NCBI RefSeq assembly: GCF_041956535.1
Contig: NW_027192191.1
Coordinates: 738,152 to 802,151, forward strand
Direction of reading: 5' to 3'
DNA: 64,000 bases
Source of the DNA: Calcarisporiella thermophila CBS 279.70
Lineage: Eukaryota > Fungi > Calcarisporiellomycota
The position numbers were made by a program, and so were the translations under genes. Below are positions 37,828 to 50,203 of this stretch, piece after piece. Under the pieces are notes generated by a model. The model had not been told where the DNA came from, ran no database searches, and saw only the letters and a program-made list of their open reading frames with translations. How positions within the stretch are numbered: the first letter of the stretch is position 1; each line of letters starts with the position of its first letter.

Positions 37828-38449
37828 ATGGCCTCACGTATCTTTCAGCATTTCCATCGCCAATCCTGGGATTCACGCCGTTCCCTAGCATCCCTGGCTC
37901 TCTCTGCACTCCTCCTTCTGTATATCACTTCACTCGCCTCCGCAGCACCCGCTCGAACAATAAAGGTAGGCTTGTTTTCTGTCGGGCTCAGGAAGATTGA
38001 GCGACAATTAATGTTTTGGATTGATAATGGGTTTCTAGTTCCCACAAGTGTCCTTCTACAAAATTGAAAACCACAGCATCACGGCCAGCCAACAGAGCGC
38101 ACCACCTCACTTTTGCGACTGCGATTCCCCCACCTGCCGGAGTGCACCTCCTGCCGTCACCGTCCACACCGGAGATACTGTCACACTCTACTTTGAAATG
38201 TCTCCTGGACTTGGCGACTGCGACATTTGGCTTGAGGATCCGGGTGCTCGCCCACCTCATCATCGTGTGTTGCAGGAATGGTGGCACGGAGACTGCACCT
38301 TTGCGAACGCAACCACCACGGGAACTACCCCGCTAATTATACCTGCGCGCAAGTGCGAGCAGTGCTTACTGCGGTTCCAGTGGGAGTTGAAGGCGGATAA
38401 CAGTAGGAAGACGATACTGGAGCGTTGCTCGAATGTAAGAATTATTTAA
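37828..38449 (+). CDS. Secreted Cys-containing protein, possible LPMO-like beta-sandwich without His brace (2 exons)
   Basis: Signal peptide LALSALLLLYITSLASA, intron 37966-38038, C-terminal IPARKCEQCLLRFQW...RCSNVRII*. Confidence 0.7.
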
Positions 38450-40139
38450 GCACGAAAAGTATGAAGGTTCCTTTCCATCGGTGACACGCCCCCTCTTGCC
38501 CCTTCGTTTTCTCATTCACTTTAATTTTTTTTTCCCCTCTGTTCATAATTTCGCATCTACACTTGTGCAAAGACGCTTCGCTTCATTCCTTTACCCCCTC
38601 CTTGATATCGATGTACTTCTAGTGTTCTCCCGTTCCTCACTGCAATGTGCAGGCTCACATTTGTGCACTATTCTCTATTGCTATTGTTTTTTTTTGCTAT
38701 TGATACTGTTTTTAGCACTTTGGCGCATCTAATGTTAATATATCCTATGATCGCTATTGCACAGGCGGTTGGGCCTGAATCATAGAGTGCATTACACCAG
38801 GGAAGCAAATTGGAGGTCCCCCTCCAATGCATGTAGGACGTGCGTTCGTGACCGCACAAGCTAGGCCTGGTTGTGGCTCGACGGGGGCTGCCACAGAGTT
38901 CAATGCAATATAGTTTGTGCTCTGTGTCTCGAAACCCCAGACAAGCCTTGTCGAGGTTGGTAGCGCGAGACCTCCACCTTGGCGACAGCAGAGCGAGGGA
39001 CTTCGAAAAAAGGAGGAAATTTAATATATCGTGGAAATTGGATGGCTCTTTCGGCCATTTCCTTATTCACTGGAAAACGCCATAATGACATATTAAGCGT
39101 GCAATTTTTCGATCCCATGCACTCGCTCGGCCAATAGCAGAGCGATCGAGGATTCCACCCTCCTTGGTGTCTCCTTGTCCCCGCCCGTTCGCAATGAGGA
39201 TGTTTGCATCGTTCATAGTAAATATTAATTCCTCTCTTTGATGTATATATAATTAAACCGCGACTTTCTAGTACTCTCCTCAGTAATGAAAGCATGATCT
39301 ATTTATCCCTAATATTTCCTTTACTCTTCATCTCCCCGCCACACCTCACGGTAGCCGACACCAACATCGACCGACATCCCTTCTCATCTCCAAAGGTAGC
39401 TTGAACTCTTCGCATCGTCACCGTATATCTCTTCTCCCAGGGGGCTAACTATAGACACTCTCCCCATCGCTAGTCATCCCAACTGCTGCTGAGCACTGGC
39501 CATAATGTGTCACGAGAATTTTGCCGCATGGACCAGGTCGGACCCCTGACACTTGGTATTGTATTTTGGCTAAGGAGGGAGTCTCTTTGGAAAAAGCAGC
39601 CATTCACGCATTTATACGCTTACAGATCCTTCTTACCTCTATACCTTGGACTCACTCTATAAAAATCCAGTGTGCCTCATACGATCAAGCGCGTTAGATA
39701 CCCAACCCTTCCTCGGACGCCGAGCTTCTTCGTACTTTTTCCAAAATCTTCAAAGGTAACTCCTTGCCCTCTCCTTTCCCCTCGAATCGATGGCTAAGCC
39801 AATCCACCCTTTAGAGAGCCGAGATCATTAGGAGAGAAGCTGGCGTTTAGCTCCAGAAGAGTTGCTGTCGCCAAGCCGTCCACCATCCGGAGCGATGCCA
39901 CGCTTTCTTGTATCCACTTTGGTTTTGTTGTGTTTTTAGGCGCCGCTGTATTCTTTTTCCAATAATAATAACTTAGAAGTTTCCTGTGCCTTTTTGGAGA
40001 GGACGTGGCCAAAAATATATCATCCCCAATGTCTTGATGCAGGTCTGAATTTTCAGCCACCACTCCAGGAAAGACTATTCATCTTGGGATAGGGGCTGAC
40101 TCCCACCGAGATCAAACCCAACTTTCTAAATTAGACTCC

Positions 40140-41690
40140 ATGACACTACGACTCAAGAACACATTCCACAAACTCAACCCTCTGCACAGTGACACTCGGA
40201 ATCTGCAGATACTTTTGCAGGATGAGAAGGATTTCCTGGCCACCCTCAATAACGCTGCATTTCTCCGCCGCAGTTCTGCAAAACACATTGCAACATGGGG
40301 GAAGGATGAGGGCGAGGACATGGCTGATGTGACGGCCAAAATGGGCGAGGTAAGCATCCAGATTCTCACGTCGTTAAGTAGTGATGGGCGCTGAATGGAT
40401 GGAATTGTGGCTTTTAGCTCATGCTGAAGATGGCCGACATCCAAGAGGCCTATGCCAAAAAATACGAGGTGTACCGGACCACCCTCAAGAATGTGCGGAT
40501 CCAGGAGAACTCGATGCACGATTTACGCGAGCGACACAAATCCCTGATCAGCAAGATCAATGTGCTCAAGAAAAAGGCGCAGAATCAACCGCAGCCACGC
40601 CTGCCCGAACTGGAGGCGGAATTGCAGACGGTTGAACAGGAGCTCCTCGTCAAGGAGACGGAGCTTTCCGATTTCAAGCGGTACGCCCTGAAGGAGGCGG
40701 CCTATCTGTTCCACGGGGCGGCCCTCGAGTTTGCCCAAAAGACGGCCATCGTCGCAGAGTACGGGAAATACGTCGCCGACGTGTTGAACACAACCCCCAC
40801 GATACCGGGGCAACCTCGCCCGAGATACGAATGTAAGTGATCCAGCTGAATGCTCGGCTCGCCTCTTTCCTCTCTTTCTTAAGCTGTGCTTCTATGGGTT
40901 AGACACGGAAAGAACCACGCAAGTGGTGGCTAGCTGCACCTCCGCCTTGGACAACTGGTTCCCGCCTGCAGCCGATGTGGGCTTCAACCCGTCCTCCTCC
41001 TCCAACCTCTCTCAGCCCCCTAGGTCGCCGTTGCATCTCGATCAGCAATTTGGGAGCAAGCTCAAAGTCGCCAACGATGGCTCCGCTCCTAGCCAAGAAT
41101 ATGCTGAACCTGATGGGCAGTATGAGTACGATCACGCGACGAGTGAAATAAAGACAGGAGAATCCTCCTCTCCCCCTTACATAGCCGATCCGTCCTCCTC
41201 AACCACCTACGGGTGGTATTCACCCACTCAGCCAACCGCAGGCGAGCCGGCAGCGGCTCAAAGCGAATACCAAGAGGCCTCGTCCTACTATCCTGCATCG
41301 CACGGATACGATCAAGCTGTATATACGCAATCCCCAGTTCCATCCGCCCCAGATCTCCCACCCTATTCATCCTACGGCCCCACACCTAAGGCCCAGCCAA
41401 GCCGTCGCCCGTATGACCCTAGCATCGGGCCAGCTGGCATTCGCGTTCCGCTCACAGCCGAGGAAGAAAAGCAGCTACTGGCGCAGCAGCAGATGGCTTA
41501 CGGCTCCTATCACGAGCCACCTCAGGGATACACTTCTGCGTCACCGCCGCCTCCGCCTCCGCCACCTCCTCTCCCGCCAGGCACTTCATCGCCAGCAACA
41601 TCCTCTCAGTCGGGGCAGCCCACCCTTCCTCCGAAAATCCCTATGGAGGCCAACCCTGATCATCAGAACCAGGCGACGCCCCCGCCATGA
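40140..41690 (+). CDS. Eisosome Pil1/Lsp1-like BAR protein with Pro/Tyr-rich tail (3 exons)
   Basis: TWGKDEGEDMADVTAKMGE, YRTTLKNVRIQE, ELSDFKRYALKEA, EFAQKTAIVAEYGK, TPTIPGQPRPRY. Introns about 40350-40417 and 40833-40902. Confidence 0.88.
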
Positions 41691-42049
41691 TTGATGTATA
41701 TTGTTTTTTAATTATACATACATATATATGTTTATATTTCTATTTATATTTAAGCGGCTAATGTAAAGAGGAAACCACCCGTTCTCCTAGTTGCAAAACC
41801 AACTCTCCCCTTTCTCCCCCCACCAGTTTATTGTTTGCCTGGAGGAGTTGGCCCAAACCTCACGTCTACACCTGTGTCTGTTGGATCCAAAGCTTTTCCC
41901 TGAAGATCCTGGAATCCCATTTAAAATTCGAAAAAAAATTAAGATTTACAGTGGATCGTGGACCTCTTGTTTGATGGGAAGCAAGATGCGAGAGAAAATA
42001 AAACAATAAAATATGTATTTTGCGTCATCATACAGGCCAATTTCGAGCA

Positions 42050-42941
42050 TTATTTAAAGTTATTCTTCATCTCTCGTAGTTTTGCCATCACCGCAACCGC
42101 GTCGGTCTCTCCGGTCGCGGCCTGCACCTTTTGCTCCTTCACACGCATAAACGGGTTGGTGGCCTTCTCGTGGGCAAGGGTGCCAGGCACGGTGCACGAT
42201 GCATTTTCCGCCTTTTTCACGGCCTCCTGGATCGCTTGGTTGTCTGGCTCAACGCTCAACGCAAACTTGAGATTGCTCTTGGTGTATTCATGCCCACAGT
42301 ACACCTTGGTGTCATCGGGGAGCGATGCGAGCACCTCATTGAGGGACCGCTGCATTTGTTCGGCAGTGCCCTCGAAGAATCGTCCACAGCCACCCAAAAA
42401 CAGGGTATCGCCTGTGAACACGGCGCGCTGCTCCCCATCTTCGAGGAAGAAGCTCACGCTTCCCTTCGTGTGGCAAGGAGTGTGCAGAGACTTCACCTTG
42501 ATTTCGCCAATATTGAAGGTTTCATCGTGCTTACATGCGTTGGTTAGCCCGGGAATGCGATCGTCTCCTCCCCAGACCTTGATTCCGGGATAAAGAGCGA
42601 GAAATTCCTCGTTACCGCCAGAATGGTCCCAGTGGTGGTGGGTTGTGATAACGCTACCATGGAAAAAGTGTAAGAATAAAAAAGGGACATTATGGAGACA
42701 AAATAGGAAAGGTAGCCCTTACCCAACGACGGTGCATTTCGCCTTCTCGATCACCGGGACAATTTTCTTCGGCTCGACCGGATCAACCACAGCGGCTGCC
42801 GAGAATTGGGGGAAAAGAAGCATCAATAGGATTCGCGTTCAGGCCACGTAATCCGTAGTCATTCTTACCCTGGCCAGTCTTTTCATCCACCACAAGGTAT
42901 GCGTAGTTGTCGTCCAAACACGGAACAGGTGTAATTTTCAT
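42050..42941 (-). CDS. GLO2: Hydroxyacylglutathione hydrolase (glyoxalase II)
   Basis: MKITPVPCLDDNYAYL, TTHHHWDHSGGN, TPCHTKGS, FTGDTLFLGGCGRFFEG, CGHEYT, EKATNPFMR. Confidence 0.97.
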
Positions 42942-43386
42942 TGTCGCGAGAAGTTGAAGAATGTCAGAGCGAATTCGGCGTGAGAAAGGCCCAAAAAGTT
43001 TGGAAGTGAGCAAGCCTAGAAGGGAGGATATATAATCGAGGGCGTGGCTTCTGAAATCAATTCTGAAGTCAGCGGGAAGTCATTAAATTGCTTACGGCTC
43101 GTCAATGTGACGTCATCCTATATGGATACGAGACGTGCTGCTGGCCATGCCCATTAGAGATTATTTTTTCCCCCTTAGTAATTTACATTTTGGATCCGCT
43201 TTCGCGATCTGAGCTATTTGGTATTGGGTACTGTAACCGTGTAAGTTGGATAGGACGCGACGGCTAGGCAGCTTAGAGGATTGCTGCGATGCGTGACTTT
43301 GACGGCCTAATTTTAACCTTCTTCACTCACTTGAACAGAGCATAGAACATCATCCAATAGAGGGAAGAACACATCAATAAATAAAA

Positions 43387-44693
43387 CTGGATATCGGAAC
43401 GAGCTCTATTTACTCCTCCATCTTGGAGGCCAAGGTCGTCATTCTAGGGAGTCAAGGTAAATTGTGGCCATGTCTATGACTGTATGTGTGGGGGAGAGGA
43501 GGAGGCTTAACCAACGGGGCTTGAGCAATTAGGTGTGGGCAAAACATCGCTAGCGGTGCGATATGTGCAGAAGACCTTCTCCCCAAACTGCTCTTCGACC
43601 ATCGGTGCATCGTTCATGACTAAAAAGCTGTGAGTTTCTAGAGGTCTAGAATGTGTTCTGCTGCTGGACATCCTAACATATGAATTGATGGAAACTCAGG
43701 GTTGTGGACAATTGCCGCGTCCGACTGCAGATATGGGATACAGTAAGTTTCGCGGTTTACCTATCATGAAATTCCTACGCTGACAGATTGCTAACCGATC
43801 CAATTTACAGGCAGGACAGGTAGTAATTCTCTTTGTTTGCAGAGTGTAACATTGAGTGGTCTAATAAGGAGTATATTGTTTGCTTCTCCCGTCTCTCCTT
43901 CAGGAACGATTTCGGTCGATGGTAAAGTACTCTGTGCCTACAATCGCCTCTTTCTTTTTGTTTATTGTGTTCCATCTTCATGCTCTTTTTTTTCTGTAGG
44001 CACCAATGTACTATAGAGGGGTGGGTATTGCGAACTTGCACGAGTGGAACACCATGGTTTTAATTCTTACCCCCATTCTCCGCGACCTGATTAGGCTCAT
44101 GCTGCGATTTTAGTATATGATATCACGTCGGAGGAGAGCTTTGCTGATATGTCAACATGGACGGAAGGTTCCCCTTCTTTTTGATCTCTGCTCCATTTCG
44201 ATCTGCGAACTAACCTACCCTCTCTATGCACTTTAGAGTTGCGAAAAAATATGACGGATGATTTAAGTAAGCACACAAACTCGTGTTTCCTCTCGTTTCT
44301 CCATCATTAAGCCCATTTTGTGTTCTGCCTTTCGGTTTGGACAGTCATCCATGTGGTTGGCAACAAGCGCGATCTCGCGACCACACGGCGTGCAGTACCA
44401 CTGGCGCGGGCCCAGGAATATGTATCTAGAGTGCTGGGGTCGGAGTATGCTGTGCATGAAGTCTCCGCCAAAGACGATGAAGGTTGGAGCTGATGGCTCG
44501 CCCGCTTTTTTGCGAAATGGTCTAATCTTGGTCCTGAATCTCTGTTTTAGGAGTAGAGGAGGTGTTTCTGGAGATCACCCGCGAGTTGGTACAGCGAAAG
44601 AACGAGATGGAGCGCGCACGATATTATAACCAACAGAACTCGATCACATTCGATGAGGAACCCCAGGCGCAGAAAAATCAGTGCTGCACATAG
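43387..44693 (+). CDS. Rab5/Rab22-like small GTPase, 10 coding exons, probable CUG start
   Basis: [50 protein letters not shown], EVSAK, C-terminal CCT* prenylation motif. An in-frame TAA at 43378-43380 precedes the coding region and no AUG follows it before the P-loop. Confidence 0.92.
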
Positions 44694-45230
44694 TCCCCTC
44701 CGCATCTTTTCGTTACTTTTTCTTCCCCTAACCTTATTCCTCCGCCTCCTGCCTTTGTCTTTTTTTTTCCTCTTTACGACTATTATTTGAACCGCTGTAA
44801 TCGATCACACGCTCTGCCTCTTTTCCTTTTCATTGTTCTTTTTTTTTATTATTTTATTATTATTTCCCGCAACAACAGCAATAACATAAACAACAAATGA
44901 CATGTTCTTATTCCTTTTTTTTCCTTTATATTTAGTGGTATTTTTTTTTCTAGGAAGAGTTTCTTATATTTTTCTTTTTCTTAGATGATCTTTTTTTTTT
45001 TTTCCTTCAAAATTGTGAAGCCATGGCTCTTTAATATTATCTATATCTATCTATCTTCTCTTTTTCATTGTCCTTTTTCTCTTTCACTTTCTTTTCCTCT
45101 GCCAAATTGAATTTGTCTCGGAGGGAGGGAGAAGATAGTTGAAATACGAAAAGTTTATTAAGAAAAAAGGGCGTCTATATGGTACTATTTACAAAGGAGG
45201 GCAATTGACAGGAAATAAGGCCGGAAATCC

Positions 45231-45548
45231 CTATTTCTGGCCATCAATCTCTTTCCAGATACTTTCAATACGCTTCCGCCGCTCTGCTGCATCCTGTTTA
45301 TTCTTTTGACGTTTTCTCACATGCTAGATATTTGTTGAGATGGTAATGAGCGATTTCCCGGAAAAATTGGGGTCAACAAGACAATCTCAACCACTTACCT
45401 CCTCGGAAAGGCACTTGTTTAGATCGGCTTTGATGCTGTTGCAGCGGCCCAGAAAGGTATTCCAGAAAGAGGCGCGATGGCATTCCTCGAGGGCGGCAAT
45501 CACATCCTGGCATTGGGGATGCTCGTGGTAGGCAAGTTGTGGGTGCAT
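45231..45548 (-). CDS. CMC2: Twin CX9C cytochrome c oxidase assembly protein
   Basis: MHPQLAYHEHPQCQDVIAALEECHRASFWNTFLGRCNSIKADLNKCLSEE, intron 45398-45324, HVRKRQKNKQDAAERRKRIESIWKEIDGQK*. Missed by the ORF track. Confidence 0.9.
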
Positions 45549-45823
45549 GCTAGGCGAGTGGGAGACGGGATTGTTTTTGTCAAAGAGAAACCGACTTGGC
45601 CTGTGACGTGATCGAGGCTTTGAATATGAGTGGTGAATAAAATCTTAATTTGAAAATCCCACTCCTTCCCCTTTCTCCCCTCCGCCTTAAAAATCACTTG
45701 AGCATTCCATCGCAAAAACCGCTCCCTCCTCCTTTGTTGGAGTCGTTCTTCTCATGACTATTTTCCCTATCTAGCTTTGCACTTGCGCCGGTTCACACAA
45801 GCACATTGAGTATTTTTTTCGAC

Positions 45824-46978
45824 ATGCCAGACCGCCACTCCACCTCTGCCAGGCACGACACGGCCCCACGACTGGGGTCGAAATGCACGACAAAAGGGGC
45901 GCCTCCCGGCCCAAATGCCATTTTCCCCACGCCTTCCATGCATGACCCTGGCGACAGGGACAGTCGGTCCCGCCGCGTATCGCCCGTCACTCGCAAACGT
46001 TCTCGCAGTGGCTCCCGAGACGGAGCAAGGGGCCGCGTTGGGCGGGACAGAGATAGGCGCACTTCCATAGAGGATAGAGAGCGGCGCCGTCGATCGCTGT
46101 CGACGGCGCGAGGTGAAGGAAGGAGGTCACCGGTCTATTCTTCCGAGACATTGCGGTCGAGAGTAGGCGAGCGCGAGGAGGAGGAGAGAAAGAGGGGCGA
46201 GGAGGCCACACGCGGAAGCGATAGGGGTCGGCATTCGGCCGACCACAAAAGGCACTCAGACCAAGATGGCCACCGGGAGAGGCGCAGATCGATTCCGCAT
46301 CCTTGGCAGGAGTGCCTCTCCAGCCGGGGCGAGATCTACTTTTACAATCCCGAGACCGGGGAGAGCCGGTGGAACATCCCAAACGAGCCATCGCATCCGC
46401 GACGGCGGAGAAGTGAGACCGGGGACTCCACCTTGGACCAAGATCACGCCAAGCGACGGCGCGTCACGGCAGACGCGCTGAGCGGGAGCGATAGGAGGGC
46501 GGTCGCGGACAAGGAGGTGCTCCGGGCCAAACTGAAGCTGCCCACGGGGCCCCGAGGTGTGTCCCAGCAAGAGGAGCCAAGGTTCGCCCGGCGAGGCTCC
46601 ACTACGTGGGATGAGGAGAGGCCGGAGCGCAGCGTGGAATCGCAGGAGCAGAGGTCAAGGGGACGAGATCTGGATGGGCCATCGGATCGCAACCGCTCTG
46701 CCGAGCACGGCACTCATCCACCCTTACCGGGCGGGGGTCCTTGTTCGGGCGTGCGGAGCCCAATGAGCCCGTTTTTTCTCCCTGCTCCCCCGTCTCCTCT
46801 CTCGGACCGAGAGCGTATCTGGCGCCAGGTCCGCGCCACCTGGCCCTTCCTCTCTCCGCGCACCGTGGGGACTGAGCTCTATGCCCGCCTCCGTGAGGTG
46901 GTTTGCCAGGGGGAGCTGGAATTTGGCATCCGGTGGCAGCGGCGGTATTTGATGCCCATGGGCGTGGCCATGAAGTAG
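45824..46978 (+). CDS. Arg/Ser-rich protein with a WW domain
   Basis: PHPWQECLSSRGEIYFYNPETGESRWNIP (WW domain) within RS/RD-rich low-complexity sequence. Confidence 0.8.
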   Translation: MPDRHSTSARHDTAPRLGSKCTTKGAPPGPNAIFPTPSMHDPGDRDSRSRRVSPVTRKRSRSGSRDGARGRVGRDRDRRTSIEDRERRRRSLSTARGEGRRSPVYSSETLRSRVGEREEEERKRGEEATRGSDRGRHSADHKRHSDQDGHRERRRSIPHPWQECLSSRGEIYFYNPETGESRWNIPNEPSHPRRRRSETGDSTLDQDHAKRRRVTADALSGSDRRAVADKEVLRAKLKLPTGPRGVSQQEEPRFARRGSTTWDEERPERSVESQEQRSRGRDLDGPSDRNRSAEHGTHPPLPGGGPCSGVRSPMSPFFLPAPPSPLSDRERIWRQVRATWPFLSPRTVGTELYARLREVVCQGELEFGIRWQRRYLMPMGVAMK

Positions 46979-47576
46979 GTATCGGCACACAAACATCCCC
47001 CACACGATGGCCCCCACTGTACTAATGACCTTGTAACCATACTCTAATCCATTTTTTCTTCCTTTCCTTTTTTTGAGGTTTTTTTATTTGGAAGGATTCT
47101 TTTTTTTTTACTTTTCCGATAACTTGCATGATCTATTTCGATTGTACCCCGCTTCCCCTCCCTCTTTCCATCATGAGAGAGAGAGGAGCGGACGTGTATT
47201 TGCCAATGGGTTTAGGAGAGGAGATGGGTCCTCTTTTTCTCCACCAAAATAATCACCGTCCTCATTTGCACATAGTTGAATAGAGCCATCCTCCGTAGTA
47301 TTATTAGAGGATTAATAAAAGCTTCAAACAAGGACGAGCCAAGATGGCGAAAGGACTTTGCTACGGATGAACAACTAAACGAAACGAAAAAAGAATGGAT
47401 ATATAAACATGGGGTGACTGCAGTCGAATGGGGAGTACGTAGAATTAGCGAGCTGAAAGGATAAAGCTAGACATTATCGGGGATGGGGTAGATTCTAGAT
47501 AGATGTTATAGAGTATATACACAGGGAGCAGGTGGAGAAGGGGAGGGAGGGAGGGAGGAAGGGCCCCTTGGGGTGG

Positions 47577-48707
47577 TTAACGTTGATGCAGCTGGGTTGG
47601 GGTTGGGTGGAGGGGCGGCGGGTAGGGGCTCAGGGCCGGGAGGGAAGGCATGCCGGGGGTCGACGGCAACGAGGAGGCACTCAGAGCATGGGAGACCTGT
47701 CTGCGCTGGAGGGGCGAGAATGGCGACTGGACGGGGGAGTGAGAGGCGGGGGTTCCGGGGAGTGAGATGCTTAAGGAGGCGGGGGTGAGCTGCACGCGGG
47801 ATTGGGGGAGAGGAGGATGGCCCCTCAGCTTGAGCGGCTGCGGCGCGAGAGAGGCGAGCCGAATGTCTTCCGCCGAGAGGGAGGAGGGGGTTGGGGGGAG
47901 CGAGCTCATCGAGGGGAAGCGGGGAGATCCGGGCGTGCTTCTTGTCTGCGGCGGCCCGCCAGGACCCAGTCGCGGGGAGCTGGGCATGGAGAGGGAGCCG
48001 GTGGCATGCGGGGAGGAGAAGGCGTGCATGGGGGGGTGGGGAGGGTGCTGTGGATGCTGCTGCGGGTGCGGATGGGGCTGCAGTTGCGGTGAGTGGCCAT
48101 GGGTGGGCCCCACGACGGGTCGCGCCAGCTCCGAGCGCAGCAGCTTGTTCTCTCGCTGCAGGTCCCGGATGTAGTCGACGGCCAAGCGCAGCACCGCGCC
48201 CTTGTTGGGGCGCTGCTTCTGATCGCGGCCCTTGGGGGTCACGAGCTCGCAGATCTCCCAGATGGTGTTGTTGATGTTGTCTCGTCTTCGCCGCTCGACC
48301 ACGTTGTGGTTCTCTCGCCTCCGGATCAAGCGCTCGATCGCCGTCTTGGTGTCGACGTTGTTGCGGTTCAGGATGTTGACCCCGTTGACCTTGTAGGTGG
48401 GCTGCTTGCCCTTGGCCCGCCGCTTCACCAAGCCTCCGTTCTGGGGCGAGAGATCGCGGGCGAAGTTGAGGAAGAGGGGCTGGGCCCCGGCATCCACTCC
48501 GCCTGGGCCCGAGCCGGACTGGTGGCCGTGGGCCAGCTCCTCCTCTTCGGAGAGGAACTCGTCGTCGTCGTCGTCCAAGTCGACCGACGACGCCCGCGAA
48601 GACGCAGCCGACGCACACATAAACGTCAGGGGGTATACTTCTCTAGCGGCGGGGGTATCGTTTTGGGGAGGGGATGGCTGGAAATGAGCAATGGGGGAGG
48701 GGCTCAT
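47577..48707 (-). CDS. bHLH transcription factor (H-E-R basic region, CACGTG class)
   Basis: YKVNGVNILNR...RRRENHNVVERRRRDNINNTIWEI...PNKGAVLRLAVDYIRDLQREN. Confidence 0.92.
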   Translation of the reverse strand: MSPSPIAHFQPSPPQNDTPAAREVYPLTFMCASAASSRASSVDLDDDDDEFLSEEEELAHGHQSGSGPGGVDAGAQPLFLNFARDLSPQNGGLVKRRAKGKQPTYKVNGVNILNRNNVDTKTAIERLIRRRENHNVVERRRRDNINNTIWEICELVTPKGRDQKQRPNKGAVLRLAVDYIRDLQRENKLLRSELARPVVGPTHGHSPQLQPHPHPQQHPQHPPHPPMHAFSSPHATGSLSMPSSPRLGPGGPPQTRSTPGSPRFPSMSSLPPTPSSLSAEDIRLASLAPQPLKLRGHPPLPQSRVQLTPASLSISLPGTPASHSPVQSPFSPLQRRQVSHALSASSLPSTPGMPSLPALSPYPPPLHPTPTQLHQR

Positions 48708-50203
48708 GCTTTTTTGTCCGCAATGCTCGGCCTTGGAGAATGATTCTGGTTTTGAGAATGTGAGAAGGTGAGAGAAGAGAGAGGGAGGAGAAGGAAGAAC
48801 GGGGTGCGAGAGAAAGTGAAACACAAATAAAAAAAAGAGAAAGTAAAGGATTAGCCGGTCACTTGCGAATAGACGACAGCGCTGGGGTTGTACGGAGCAT
48901 CAATGTTGGCTCGAAGGGGACTCCTTTTTAATGTGTTTTCATGTGTTCCCATGCCGTAAAGAGGTGCTTTTTATGTCTGCGGTTTTTGATCACCGATGCC
49001 TATTTTCAAACCAATGTAACCTCCTTCCGAAGGCCGATCCGAGTAAACCAATAAGATTGCATCTGGATGCATGTGCACTGACCGCTCTGGTCCTGCCTGT
49101 AGGACTCGATTGGAGATGTTCGACGCCTCTCCTCCAAGATCTTGGAGGCTCTTATCCGCGCATGACCTCATCGCCACGGGGCCGAGGAGGCGCGCGTGCC
49201 GGCCACTCTTCGCCCGCAGGGTGGCTGCGAGCGCCTGCGTTTGAACCGGCCACGACGTTTCCCATTACTCACCCGAAATCGCCAGCTTTTCAATTTAGTC
49301 ATGACCCTCTCGGTGCTCCACAGCCTGAGAAAAAAATGCGCCGTGACGGACTTGGTCAAGGAGGGGGGGACATACCTTAACAAGCAACTCCGAGCAACCC
49401 CCCCTAATCTGCTCTGAACCCGGTGAAAATTTGGGAAGTTGGGGAAGGCAGGGTTCCACAGAGGGAATCAAGGCCCTTTGCGTCCTTTCCGAAGGGCCTC
49501 TCCTTGCCGGCTCTTTCCCCCCTCTGCCTGCTAAGAGTTTTTCCTTGCCACTCGCCTTAGGGCTGAGCGTCAAATCAGCTTCAAGGCCCCCCCCCTCCCT
49601 CTCGCCCGCTTCTTATAGAAGCCTTCCGTCATTTCCGTGCCCTATTTGATCCTTTGCGGAGTACAACCTTAAATTGCCGCTCTCCGGTTTCGTACCGCGC
49701 TGCCTAAGTGCGTGCTTTCTCATACAGACGAGCACGCACGCAGTCACAAGCGCTGGCTCCGCTGCCACGCCTTTGCCGGCAGGTTTCCCCTCCTCGGCCT
49801 GCTTGTGAGCGCGGCTCCAATGACGGCGGGCGGGGTCCTTGGGCGGATTGCACATAGTCTCCACGTCAAGCTGGTGAGTCTCTCCAGTGCCGCGCAGCTA
49901 TTGGGAGGCCGAAGAGAGCGGCTACGATCCGCTCATGCCCCCGCTATAGGCTGTGCGGGGGATGGCGTGGTTTCAACTCCTCCCCTCGCTCTTTCTCTCT
50001 CTCTCCCCTCTCCATGTGCACGCGTAACGAAAATCAAGCCATGCGTCCCCCTAAGCGAGAGATTTCACACCCGGTGGCTTATGCTTCCCTTTCTTCAACA
50101 ACAAATAAGCCTCATTGGGGGGGGGGAGTGAAATCGAGAACGCTCCACGCAACCCAAGATCGGCTTTCGCGTCTCTGCACTCCAAGATTCAGCCTGATGA
50201 ACA

